A stretch of 64,000 nucleotides of DNA, from positions 6,722-70,721 of the forward strand of contig JAFSEW010000055.1 in assembly GCA_017435525.1 (NCBI GenBank), written 5' to 3'. Source of the stretch: Oscillospiraceae bacterium. Its GTDB lineage: Bacteria; Bacillota; Clostridia; Oscillospirales; Oscillospiraceae. Of this stretch, positions 1 through 9,027 are shown in pieces (position 1 is the first letter of the stretch; every line of letters starts with the position of its first letter). The notes beneath the pieces were generated by a model that saw nothing but the letters and a program-made list of their open reading frames with translations, had not been told where the DNA came from and ran no database searches. Position numbers and translations under genes: made by a program.

Positions 1-852
1 CATTTGGCAGTAGAGGCGGAAGCAGGCTGCGTTGTCGCCACGGCGCAGGGCATCGTAGCAGGGCTGCAGGTACTGCTGCCAGAGGGCTTGATAGGTTTTT
101 GCCGGATCGCCGGTGTGATCCATGACCATCACCAGGGTGGGGGCGATGCGGTAGTATTCTTCAATCAGGGCCTGACCTCCGGGCTGTTTGGCCAGCCAGG
201 TGTCCCGGAAGTGCCGGAAGGCTGTCAGCTCCGGGCCGTCGTCCGCCTTGCCCAGATGAGAACAGGCGGCGGTGGTAATGAAGCACAGGCCTTTCTTCCG
301 GAAGCCGGATGCGATGGTCTCGTAGGTGGCGATCTGGAAGGCACTGCCGTATTTGGCTGCCCAGGCATCGCGCAGCCCCTCTGCCAGGGCCATGCCCCGC
401 TCCGGGGCGCACCGCAAAATGGCAGGCACCGTCACCAGACACAAGGTAAAGCGGCAATCCTCTGAAAGACTGCTGACGCTTCGCAGAGCGGTTTTATTAT
501 CGACGCACCACCGATATACCTGATCGATAATATCCACACAGAGGGCGCCTAGCGCCTCCTGGGATAAACTGTCCGCAACTTGCAGCACTGTAAGGTGCTG
601 CGCTACATAGGCATCGAAGTAAGCCGGAAAAGCCTTGGCGGTAAGATTGCGCATGGTCTGGGGGTAGCCGGTAATCATGCCGGGCAGGGCATGGCGCAGA
701 ATTTCGGCGGCTTCAGCGCTTTCTTCGGCAGTGGGCAGCAGCTGCTGCAATGTCATACGGGTGCCGCAGTACATGCAGGAAAATTCCGTCAGACCCTCCG
801 GCAGCAAAATAGGCTTGCCGCAGTGGGGGCAGGTATAGGCTGTGGTTTCCAT
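1..852 (-). CDS. Zinc-ribbon + CFI-box-CTERM-like domain protein (3' end runs off window)
   Basis: Not in ORF track (no stop in window). AAAGGAGG RBS then ATG at 852; METTAYTCPHCG...FSCMYCG (two CxxC); C-terminal CFITTAAC...FRHFRDTWL...LIEEYYRIAP matches the CFI-box pattern. Confidence 0.75.
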   Translation of the reverse strand, partial: METTAYTCPHCGKPILLPEGLTEFSCMYCGTRMTLQQLLPTAEESAEAAEILRHALPGMITGYPQTMRNLTAKAFPAYFDAYVAQHLTVLQVADSLSQEALGALCVDIIDQVYRWCVDNKTALRSVSSLSEDCRFTLCLVTVPAILRCAPERGMALAEGLRDAWAAKYGSAFQIATYETIASGFRKKGLCFITTAACSHLGKADDGPELTAFRHFRDTWLAKQPGGQALIEEYYRIAPTLVMVMDHTGDPAKTYQALWQQYLQPCYDALRRGDNAACFRLYCQM

Positions 853-943
853 AGGGAGCCTCCTTTGGCTGTTTTTCTTATTTTCGCACATCCTGGAGGG
901 ATTGTCAATGCTGTGCTGGCGTATGGAATACGGGGGAGAGAAC

Positions 944-1056
944 GGGTCCTTCGGCTCCGGGCTGAGGCCCTCCGCTCAGGACGACAGAGGAAACTTGGGG
1001 GCTTTCCCCATTCCTCTGTCATTCTGAGCAAGCCGTAGGCGCGTCGAAGAATCCGT
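944..1056. repeat. Inverted doublet of family A REP-like repeat
   Basis: GGGTCCTTCG...CTCAGGACGACA and TGTCATTCTGAGCAAGCCGTAGGCGCGTCGAAGAATCC, ~30 bp apart; family recurs through the window. Confidence 0.8.
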
Positions 1057-1120
1057 ACCTCTTTTGAAAGGCGTACAGAAACGGCAGCATTCCCGGGGCT
1101 TCTTTTGTGTATTTTTGGTA

Positions 1121-1150
1121 TTGACAAATGTCCGTGGTGCGTGGTATAAC
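1121..1150 (+). promoter_or_regulatory. sigma-A promoter of trp T-box leader
   Basis: TTGACA-18-TATAAC directly upstream of the T-box. Confidence 0.7.
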
Positions 1151-1157
1151 ATTACAA

Positions 1158-1433
1158 ACCGTTGAAGCGGGGGTAAAGGTGCAGATGCGCTTACCAGAGA
1201 GCCCGGGGTGCTGGAATCCGGGTAGCAGACACTGCATCATAATGGGCCGCTGAGGGTGCGCCGAACAGCTTTGGCTTAGTATCGCGCAACGCGTGGGCAT
1301 GCGTCAGTTGCCGGGGATATGCAGGTATCCCGCAGAGGGCACGGGGCGACCCGTGAAACAAGGTGGCATCGCGGATAAGTTTTTTATTCGTCCTTGGCAG
1401 GAATAGCTTTCTGTCGGGGGCGTATGTTTTTTG
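1158..1433 (+). promoter_or_regulatory. T-box riboswitch, tryptophan specifier
   Basis: GA motif TGAAGCGG/CCGCTGAG, AGAGA and GGTGCTGGAA boxes, specifier TGG at 1243-1245, T-box AAGGTGGCATCGCG (UGGC pairs the GCCA end of tRNA-Trp, G73), terminator 1389-1433. Confidence 0.9.
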
Positions 1434-1479
1434 TACTCCTTCGATGAAGCGAAGGAGTTTTTTGTTAGGAGGCATTGCC

Positions 1480-2664
1480 ATGGGAAAGGGCAAATTCGGA
1501 ATCCACGGCGGTCAGTTCGTACCGGAAGTACTGATGAACGCCGTCCATGAGCTGGAAGCGGCTTACGAACATTACAAGAACGATCCTCAGTTCAACGCCG
1601 AACTGACGGAGCTTTTCAACGAATACGCGGGGCGTCCCTCCCGGCTGTACTACGCCGAGAAAATGACCCGTGACCTGGGGGGCGCCAAGATCTACCTGAA
1701 GCGGGAAGACCTGAACCACACCGGCGCCCACAAGATCAACAATGTGCTGGGTCAGGTGCTGCTGGCCAAAAAGATGGGCAAGAAGCGCATCATCGCCGAA
1801 ACCGGTGCCGGTCAGCACGGCGTGGCCTCTGCCACCGCCGCAGCCCTGATGGATATGGAATGCGTGGTGTTCATGGGCGAAGAGGATGTCCGCCGCCAGG
1901 CGCTGAATGTGTATCGCATGAAGCTGCTGGGCGCGGAAGTGGTCAGCGTCACCTCCGGCACTGCCACGCTGAAGGACGCGGTGTCCGAAGCCATGCGGGA
2001 ATGGACCCTCCGGGTCAATGATTCCTACTACTGCATGGGCTCCGTGGTGGGCCCCCATCCCTTCCCGGAGATGGTGCGGGATTTCCAGTCCGTCATCTCC
2101 AGGGAGATCAAGGAGCAGATGCTGCAAAAGGAAGGCCGGCTGCCGGATGCCGTCATCGCCTGCGTAGGCGGCGGCTCCAACGCCATGGGCACCTTCTACA
2201 ATTTTCTGGAAGACAAGGAAGTAGCCCTCATCGGCTGCGAGGCCGCAGGCCGCGGCGTAGACACCTACGAGACTGCCGCCACCATTGCCACCGGCCGGGT
2301 TGGCATCTTCCACGGCATGAAGGCCTATTTCTGCCAGGATGCTTACGGCCAGATCGCCCCGGTGTATTCCATCTCCGCAGGCCTGGATTATCCCGGCATC
2401 GGCCCGGAGCACTGCAATCTCCACGATTCCGGCAGAGCAAAATATGTGCCCATTACCGACGACGAGGCTGTGGAAGCCTTCGAATACTTGGCAAGAACCG
2501 AGGGCATCATCCCCGCCATTGAAAGCGCCCACGCGGTGGCCTACGCCCGGAAGCTGGCTCCCACCATGGGCAAAGACAAGATCATCGTCATCACCGTTTC
2601 CGGCCGGGGCGACAAGGACTGTGCCGCCATCGCCCGCTACAGAGGGGAGGAAATTTATGAGTAA
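1480..2664 (+). CDS. trpB: Tryptophan synthase beta chain
   Basis: GAHKINN (PLP Lys), [33 protein letters not shown] all intact; AGGAGG RBS before ATG 1480. Confidence 0.97.
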   Translation: MGKGKFGIHGGQFVPEVLMNAVHELEAAYEHYKNDPQFNAELTELFNEYAGRPSRLYYAEKMTRDLGGAKIYLKREDLNHTGAHKINNVLGQVLLAKKMGKKRIIAETGAGQHGVASATAAALMDMECVVFMGEEDVRRQALNVYRMKLLGAEVVSVTSGTATLKDAVSEAMREWTLRVNDSYYCMGSVVGPHPFPEMVRDFQSVISREIKEQMLQKEGRLPDAVIACVGGGSNAMGTFYNFLEDKEVALIGCEAAGRGVDTYETAATIATGRVGIFHGMKAYFCQDAYGQIAPVYSISAGLDYPGIGPEHCNLHDSGRAKYVPITDDEAVEAFEYLARTEGIIPAIESAHAVAYARKLAPTMGKDKIIVITVSGRGDKDCAAIARYRGEEIYE

Positions 2665-3409
2665 GCTTGCGGATGCCTTTGCCGGCAAAAAGGCTATGAT
2701 AGCCTTCGTCACCTGCGGCGATCCCAGCCTGGAAGTCACCGGGCAGGTGATCCGCAGCGCTGTGGCAGCCGGTGCCAATATCATTGAGCTGAATATTCCT
2801 TTCTCCGATCCCACGGCGGTAGATCCCGTGATCCAGCAGGCCAATATCCGGGCATTGGAAAAGGGCATCACCACCGACGATGTGTTCAACTTTGTCCGTG
2901 AGCTGCGCAAGGAGCTGGATGTGGCCATGGTAGTCTCCTCCTACGCCAATGTGGTGTTCTCCTACGGCCCGGAGCGGTTTGCCGCCGCCTGTGAGGAACT
3001 GGGCATTGAAGGCATCATCATCCCCGATGTGCCCTTTGAAGAGCGGGAAGAATTCCTGGCCCCCTGCAAGGCTCATGGCATCGCCCTGATCTGCATGGTG
3101 GCTGTCACATCCCGTGAGCGGGTGCGCACCATCGCCCGGGAAGCGGAAGGCTTCCTCTACATTATGGCCTGCCCCGGCACCCGGGAGCAGGAACTGACAG
3201 AGCTGCTGGCTCTGGTTCGTGAAAACACCTCTACCCCTTGCCTCATCTGCCTCACCGGCACCGAAGAATGCCGGATGGAGACCGTAGCCGCCAGAACCGA
3301 CGGCGTGGCCGTGGATGTACCCATCGTGGAACTGGTGGAGCAATACGGAAGCAAGGCACCTTCCGCTGTGGGAATTTTCCTTTCCCGGCTGAAGGAGACC
3401 CTGAACTGA
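2657..3409 (+). CDS. trpA: Tryptophan synthase alpha chain, active-site degenerate
   Basis: GDP, IELxIPFSDP, [11 protein letters not shown] retained; catalytic and phosphate-binding motifs altered; overlaps trpB 3' end. Confidence 0.9.
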   Translation: MSKLADAFAGKKAMIAFVTCGDPSLEVTGQVIRSAVAAGANIIELNIPFSDPTAVDPVIQQANIRALEKGITTDDVFNFVRELRKELDVAMVVSSYANVVFSYGPERFAAACEELGIEGIIIPDVPFEEREEFLAPCKAHGIALICMVAVTSRERVRTIAREAEGFLYIMACPGTREQELTELLALVRENTSTPCLICLTGTEECRMETVAARTDGVAVDVPIVELVEQYGSKAPSAVGIFLSRLKETLN

Positions 3410-3431
3410 GAGAAAACAGGAGGAAAGCAAA

Positions 3432-4514
3432 ATGGCAAGAGTTTATAATTTTTCCGCAGGTCCGGCTGTGCTGCCGGAAGCAGTCTTGACGGAAGCCGCA
3501 GCAGAAATGCTGGATTACGGCGGTACCGGCATGGGCGTCATGGAAATGAGCCACCGGTCTAAGGCTTATCAGAATATCCTGGATACTGCCGAAGCCGACC
3601 TGCGTTCCCTCATGGGCATCCCCGAAAATTACAAGGTTCTGTTCTTACAGGGCGGCGCGTCCCAGCAGTTCGCCATGGTGCCCATGAACCTGATGAAGAA
3701 CAAGGTGGCGGATTACATCGTCACCGGCGTGTGGGCAAAGAAGGCATGGCAGGAGGCTTCCATGTACGGCCAGGCCAATGTGGTGGCCAGCTCCGCAGAT
3801 CGGAATTTCTCTTATATCCCCGATTGCAGTGATCTTCCCATCAGCGAGAATGCCGACTATGTGTATATCTGCGAGAACAACACCATCTACGGCACCAAGT
3901 TTAAGAGCCTCCCCAACACCAAGGGCAAGGACCTGGTGGCGGATGTGTCCTCCTGCTTCCTGTCGGAACCTGTGGATGTGAGCAAGTACGCCATGATCTA
4001 TGGCGGTGTCCAGAAGAACATCGGCCCCGCGGGTGTGGTCATCGCCATTATCCGGGAAGATCTGATTACGGAAGATGTGCTCCCCGGCACCCCCACCATG
4101 CTGCGCTACAAGACCCACGCCGACGCAGGCTCTTTGTATAATACGCCCCCGGCCTACGGCATCTACATCTGCGGCAAGGTGTTCAAGTGGCTGCAGCAGC
4201 TGGGTGGCCTGGAAGCTATGCAGGCGGTGAATGAGAAGAAGGCTGCCATCTTGTATGATTTCCTGGACAACAGCAAGCTGTTCCAGGGTACCGTGGAGCC
4301 CGCATCCCGCTCTTTGATGAATGTGCCCTTTATCACCGGCGACAAGGACATGGACGCCAAATTCGTCAAGGCTGCGGAGGCCGCAGGCTTCGTCAACCTG
4401 AAGGGTCACCGGCTGGTGGGCGGCATGCGCGCCAGCATCTATAACGCCATGCCTATCGAGGGCGTCAGTGCCCTGGTGGACTTCATGGCAGCATTTGAAA
4501 AAGAGAACAGGTGA
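3432..4514 (+). CDS. serC: Phosphoserine aminotransferase
   Basis: YNFSAGPA, EMSHRS, QKNIGPAG, YNTPP, LKGHRLVGGMRASIYNA. Confidence 0.97.
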   Translation: MARVYNFSAGPAVLPEAVLTEAAAEMLDYGGTGMGVMEMSHRSKAYQNILDTAEADLRSLMGIPENYKVLFLQGGASQQFAMVPMNLMKNKVADYIVTGVWAKKAWQEASMYGQANVVASSADRNFSYIPDCSDLPISENADYVYICENNTIYGTKFKSLPNTKGKDLVADVSSCFLSEPVDVSKYAMIYGGVQKNIGPAGVVIAIIREDLITEDVLPGTPTMLRYKTHADAGSLYNTPPAYGIYICGKVFKWLQQLGGLEAMQAVNEKKAAILYDFLDNSKLFQGTVEPASRSLMNVPFITGDKDMDAKFVKAAEAAGFVNLKGHRLVGGMRASIYNAMPIEGVSALVDFMAAFEKENR

Positions 4515-4519
4515 GCAAT

Positions 4520-5683
4520 ATGTATCAGATCCATTACCTCAATTCCATCTCCCCCAAGGGCAAGGCCCTCTGGACGGAGGATTATAAAGAAACCGAAGCC
4601 ATAGCCGATGCCCAGGCCATCCTGGTGCGCAGCGCCGCCATGCACGATATGGCGTGGTCGCCCAATCTGCTGGCCATCGCCAGAGCCGGCGCGGGCGTCA
4701 ATAATATCCCGCTGCAAAAATGTGCCGAAGCCGGTGTGGTGGTGTTCAATACCCCCGGCGCCAACGCTCTGAGCGTCATGGAGCTGGCCCTGTGCGGCAT
4801 GCTCCTGGGCAGCCGGGATGTGGTGGCAGGCATCAACTGGGTGCAGGAAAACAAGGATGACCCGGATATCGCCAAAAAGGTGGAAAAAGGCAAGGGCAAA
4901 TTCGCCGGCCATGAGATCGCCCACAAGCGGCTGGGCGTCATCGGCCTGGGCGCCGTAGGCGGCCCGCTGGCCAACGCTGCCCGGAAGCTGGGCATGGAAG
5001 TGTGGGGCTACGATCCCTACATCAGCGTGGAAGCCGCCTGGCACCTGGACCGGCACATCGTCCGTGTCAAGACCCTGGAGGAAATTTACGCCAATTGCGA
5101 TATCATCTCCCTGCACACCCCCCTGCTGGATTCCACCAAGAAGATGCTCAATGCCGATGCCTTTGCAAAGATGGCGGACGGCACCGTGATTCTGAACTTC
5201 GCCCGTGACCTGCTGGTGGATGACGACGCCATGGAAGCCGCGCTGAAATCCGGCCGCGTCCACCGCTATGTCACCGATTTCCCCAATGCCCGGACAGCTT
5301 CCATGGAAGGCGTTATTGCTATTCCCCATCTGGGCGCTTCCACGGAGGAATCCGAGGATAACTGTGCAAAGCAGGCTGTGCGCCAGGTAATGAACTACCT
5401 GGAAAACGGCAATATCATCAATTCCGTCAATTACCCCAATTGCGATATGGGTGTCTGCACCAAGGCAGGGCGCATTACCATCCTGCACCGGAATATCCCC
5501 AACACATTGAGTAAATTCACCACCGCCGTGGCTGAAGAGCACATCAACATTTCCGACATGCTCAACCGCAGCCGGGGCGAATACGCCTACACCATGCTGG
5601 ATCTGGATCACCCGGCTTCCGAAGCCCTGGTGCAGCACCTGAGCCAGCTGGACGGCGTCCTCCGGGTCCGCCGCATCCGCTAA
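4520..5683 (+). CDS. serA: D-3-phosphoglycerate dehydrogenase with C-terminal ACT domain
   Basis: RAGAGVNNI, NTPGANA, GLGAVG, NFARD, PHLGASTEESE, ACT tail HRNIPN; follows serC; alternative GTG start at 4511. Confidence 0.93.
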   Translation: MYQIHYLNSISPKGKALWTEDYKETEAIADAQAILVRSAAMHDMAWSPNLLAIARAGAGVNNIPLQKCAEAGVVVFNTPGANALSVMELALCGMLLGSRDVVAGINWVQENKDDPDIAKKVEKGKGKFAGHEIAHKRLGVIGLGAVGGPLANAARKLGMEVWGYDPYISVEAAWHLDRHIVRVKTLEEIYANCDIISLHTPLLDSTKKMLNADAFAKMADGTVILNFARDLLVDDDAMEAALKSGRVHRYVTDFPNARTASMEGVIAIPHLGASTEESEDNCAKQAVRQVMNYLENGNIINSVNYPNCDMGVCTKAGRITILHRNIPNTLSKFTTAVAEEHINISDMLNRSRGEYAYTMLDLDHPASEALVQHLSQLDGVLRVRRIR

Positions 5684-5685
5684 GC

Positions 5686-5719
5686 AAAATCCCTCCAACG
5701 GTTTGTTGGAGGGATTTTT
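5686..5719. terminator. Intrinsic terminator after serA
   Basis: AAAATCCCTCCAAC-GGTTT-GTTGGAGGGATTTT. Confidence 0.85.
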
Positions 5720-5742
5720 GTGCCTGTAGGGACCGGACATAG

Positions 5743-6552
5743 AATGGACAATGGACAATTGACAATGGACAATTGCGGTATTTGCTTCGCAAATGATTTC
5801 AAAAATCCCATGTAGGGGGCGGCACCCTCGACGCTCCTTACCGCACCATCGTCTCATCCCTGTAGGGGAGGGTGGTGCTCCGCGCAGCGAATCAAAATCC
5901 AAATGATTGCCGGTGGCAATCATACCATAATGTATTGACCCTCCCGTGCCGGGTACGATTTTGCAACCCGGTATCGAAGGGAAACGGATTCTTCGACTCC
6001 GTGCTGTCGCACTCCGCTCAGAATGACAGAGAAATGGGGGAAGCCTATTCTATCTCCGTCGCCCTGAGCAAGCGCAGCGCGCCGAAGGGCCCGCATCCCC
6101 TTTGCAACCCGGTGCGATCTTGCAACCCGGTAACGGGAGGCTCAAGAGCCTCCCCTACAACCGCACCATCGTCTCATCCCTGTAGGGGAGGGTCTTGACC
6201 CTCCCGTGCCGGGTACGATTTTGCAACCCGGTATCGAAGGAAAACGGATTCTTCGACGCGCCTTCGGCTTGCTCAGAATGACAGAGGAATGGGGATGGCG
6301 CTCAGGTTTCCTCTGTCGCCCTGAGCAACCCTGAGCGTAGTCGAAGGGGCGCCGAAGGGCCCGCATCCCCTTTGCAACCCGGCATCGAAAGGAAAACGGA
6401 TTCTTCGACTCGCTGCGCTCTGCAACACCCCCGTATGGAATTCGGGAGTTTGAATCATTTGCGAAGCAAATACCATAATTATCAATTGTCAATTGTCCAT
6501 TGTCAATTCGGTATCGCACCGGGTATCGGGCGACACAAGAGCCTTCCCTACA
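5743..6552. repeat. Mosaic cluster of REP-like repeats with terminal heptamer inverted repeats
   Basis: TGTAGGGGAGGGTCTTGACCCTCCCG (family B), GGATTCTTCG..CTCAGAATGACA (family A), CAATGGA/CAATTGA heptamers at both ends, internal tandem duplication. Confidence 0.85.
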
Positions 6553-6635
6553 GCCGCGCCATCGACTCCCTGTATTCCCCATATTGCCAAACGGCGGTTT
6601 TTGTGCTAAAATATCCCCGAAAGGAGGGATGCCTG

Positions 6636-7922
6636 ATGCCACAGAAGCTGCGCTGGATGCGCCTGGACAATGCGGCGAAAATTTATCCCGCTGCCCGGAG
6701 CCAGACATGGAGCAATGTATACCGGCTTTCTGCCACGCTGCGTGAGCCCATTGATGTGCCTGTGATGCAGTCGGCGCTGGATCTTACGGTGCGGCGGTTT
6801 CCCTCCATCGCCGCCAGACTGCGCCGGGGCGTATTTTGGTATTATTTGCAGCAGCTGAACAGCGCTCCCAAAATCCGCCCGGAATTCAGCTATCCCCTGA
6901 CCCGGATGGGCGTTTCGGAAACCCGGCAGTGTGCCCTGCGGGTGATCGTATACGGGAATCGGGTGGCCATTGAGCTGTTCCATTCCCTCACCGACGGCAG
7001 CGGCGCTTTGACTTTTCTCAAAAATCTGGTGGCGGAGTATCTGCAGCTGCGCTACGGTGTGGACATTCCCTGCACCCATGGCATCGTCAACCGCCAGGAA
7101 GCACCCCGGGAGGAAGAACTGGAGGACAGCTTTCAGCGTTACGCAGGCCCCGTGGCCGCATCCCGGAAGGAGAATAATGCCTGGCAGCTTTCCGGCACGG
7201 CGGAACCCGGCGAATTTCTGCACCTGACCTGCCTGACCCTTCAGGTAGCGCAGGTGCGGCAGAAGGCAAAGGAACTGGGTGTCAGCGTCACGGTGTTCCT
7301 GGGCGCTGCCATGCTGGATGCTTTGCAGCAATTGCAGAAGGCCAAGATCCCCAAACGCTCCAGGAGAAAGCGGCTGCGGCTGCAGATTCCGGTGAATCTG
7401 CGCAGCATTTTCCCCAGCCAGACCCTGCGCAATTTCGCCCTCTACACCACCCCGGAGATCGATCCCCGGCTGGGGGACTACACCTTCCGGGAACTGTGCG
7501 ATGTGGTGCGCCACCAGCTGGGGCTGGAAGCCAACGCCAAGGTCATGGGCAGCAAAATCGCCACCAATGTGGGCAGCGAGCGGCTGTGGATTGTTCGGGC
7601 GCTGCCGCTGTTTATCAAGAATCCCGTGATGAAAGCGGCGTTCTATCTCTCCGGCGAGAAAAAGTCCTGCCTGAGCCTTTCTAATCTGGGGCAGGTGCAG
7701 CTGCCGGAGAAGATGGCTCCCTATGTCCGGCGGCTGGACTTTATCTTAGGCCCCCAGGCCAGCGCCCCCCATAACTGCGGTGTCATCAGCTGGGGCGGCA
7801 AGCTGTATATGAATATGATCCGCAATATCCGGGAGCCGGAGCTGGAAGCCTGCCTGTGCCGGGTACTGCGGGAGATGGATCTGGATATTACGGTGCAGAG
7901 CAATGCACCGAAAGGAGTGTGA
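6636..7922 (+). CDS. CoA-dependent acyltransferase (alcohol acetyltransferase/condensation-like)
   Basis: WMRLDNAAKIYP N-terminus, HSLTDG (HxxxDG), PVNLR, LSNLG; AAGGAGG RBS. Confidence 0.8.
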   Translation: MPQKLRWMRLDNAAKIYPAARSQTWSNVYRLSATLREPIDVPVMQSALDLTVRRFPSIAARLRRGVFWYYLQQLNSAPKIRPEFSYPLTRMGVSETRQCALRVIVYGNRVAIELFHSLTDGSGALTFLKNLVAEYLQLRYGVDIPCTHGIVNRQEAPREEELEDSFQRYAGPVAASRKENNAWQLSGTAEPGEFLHLTCLTLQVAQVRQKAKELGVSVTVFLGAAMLDALQQLQKAKIPKRSRRKRLRLQIPVNLRSIFPSQTLRNFALYTTPEIDPRLGDYTFRELCDVVRHQLGLEANAKVMGSKIATNVGSERLWIVRALPLFIKNPVMKAAFYLSGEKKSCLSLSNLGQVQLPEKMAPYVRRLDFILGPQASAPHNCGVISWGGKLYMNMIRNIREPELEACLCRVLREMDLDITVQSNAPKGV

Positions 7923-7925
7923 CGG

Positions 7926-8624
7926 ATGTACTGTATCAAATGCGGCGTGAAGCTGGCAGACGCTCCCAACGCTTGCCCCCTGTGCGGCACGGTGCCCTAT
8001 CACCCGGAAATTACCTGCCAGGAATCGGAGCGGCTCTACCCGGAGCACCGGTATCCCGCTTCCCAGTTAAGCCCCAAGGGTGCTCTGATTGTCACCACCA
8101 CGGTGCTGTTCCTGCTGCCCATCCTCATCACATTGCTGTGCGATCTGCAGTTTAACGGCGGCGTTACCTGGAGCGGCTATGTATCCGGTGCGCTGGTGGT
8201 GATGTATGTGCCGCTGATGCTGCCCTGGTGGTTCCGGCGGCGCAATCCCGTAATTTTCGTGCCCTGTACCTTTGTGGCAGTGGGGCTGTACCTGCTGTAT
8301 GTGAGCATCGTCACAGAGGGCGGCTGGTTTCTCAGCTTCGCCTTCCCGGTGGTGGGCACCGTGGGTATCATCGTCACGGCGGTTACCACCCTGATGCGCT
8401 ATCTCACCCGGGGCAGGCTCTATATCTTCGGCGGCGCGTTTATCGCCATCGGCGGATTTTTCCCGGTGATGGAGCTGCTGATGGATCACACCTTCCAGGT
8501 GGAGGATTTTCTGGGCTGGTCGTTCTACCCCCTGGCGGCGCTGGTGCTGCTGGGTGGTATGCTGATCTTCCTGGCCATCTATGCCCCCGCCCGGGAGACT
8601 ATGGAGCGGAAGTTCTTCCTGTAA
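7926..8624 (+). CDS. Zinc-ribbon membrane protein (DUF6320-like)
   Basis: MYCIKCG...CPLCG followed by about six hydrophobic helices; 3 bp after upstream gene. Confidence 0.75.
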   Translation: MYCIKCGVKLADAPNACPLCGTVPYHPEITCQESERLYPEHRYPASQLSPKGALIVTTTVLFLLPILITLLCDLQFNGGVTWSGYVSGALVVMYVPLMLPWWFRRRNPVIFVPCTFVAVGLYLLYVSIVTEGGWFLSFAFPVVGTVGIIVTAVTTLMRYLTRGRLYIFGGAFIAIGGFFPVMELLMDHTFQVEDFLGWSFYPLAALVLLGGMLIFLAIYAPARETMERKFFL

Positions 8625-8868
8625 GGGCGCTTTGCATCTGCAGATAGTCTGTGATGCTGATGTTCCCGTCTCCGCTGAGGTCGGCAGCAGCCAGCTGCCA
8701 GGCGGAAAGCTCTGCCTGCCCCAGCAGGTAAGATTTTACAAGCTGCGCATCCCCTTGGTCAAATATCCCATCCCCGGTGCAATCACCGGGGATTTTTGCC
8801 GCGTCGGTGCAGGCAATGGGCAGCGCCGCCAGCAACAGCAGCGCCGGAAGCATGGTTCGGAATTTCAT
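8599..8868 (-). CDS. Small secreted dockerin-only protein
   Basis: Signal peptide then duplicated Ca-binding loops GDCTGDGIFDQGD and ADLSGDGNISITD; GAAAGAGAGG RBS. Confidence 0.7.
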   Translation of the reverse strand: MKFRTMLPALLLLAALPIACTDAAKIPGDCTGDGIFDQGDAQLVKSYLLGQAELSAWQLAAADLSGDGNISITDYLQMQSALTGRTSAP

Positions 8869-8952
8869 AACAGACCCCTCTCTTTCGCGGAAGTTTCACC
8901 CTTATTGTGGGGCAAAACTTCCGCGAAACCAAGGGAAACCGGTAGAAACAGC

Positions 8953-8996
8953 AAAAAAACATGGCGCATGCACCATAGCATGCTCCATGTTTTTTA
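8953..8996. terminator. Intrinsic terminator
   Basis: AAAAAAACATGGCGCATGC...GCATGCTCCATGTTTTTT hairpin with A/T tails. Confidence 0.7.
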
Positions 8997-9027
8997 ACCC
9001 GTCACCGGACAGCAATTATGCAGAGTT

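Noticed and set aside
2657-3409. trpA as a simple pseudogene
   Set aside because: The frame is intact and full length with coupling to trpB, and changes concentrate in active-site motifs.
5743-6552. Repeat clusters (also 11128, 36945, 41159) as CRISPR arrays
   Set aside because: Units are inverted, heterogeneous and irregularly spaced, spacers are themselves duplicated, and no cas genes are present.
5872-6708. ORFs over repeat clusters (5872..6198, 6142..6708, 11053..11736, 28316..28729, 41099..41632)
   Set aside because: They are translations of palindromic repeats with no RBS or protein motifs.
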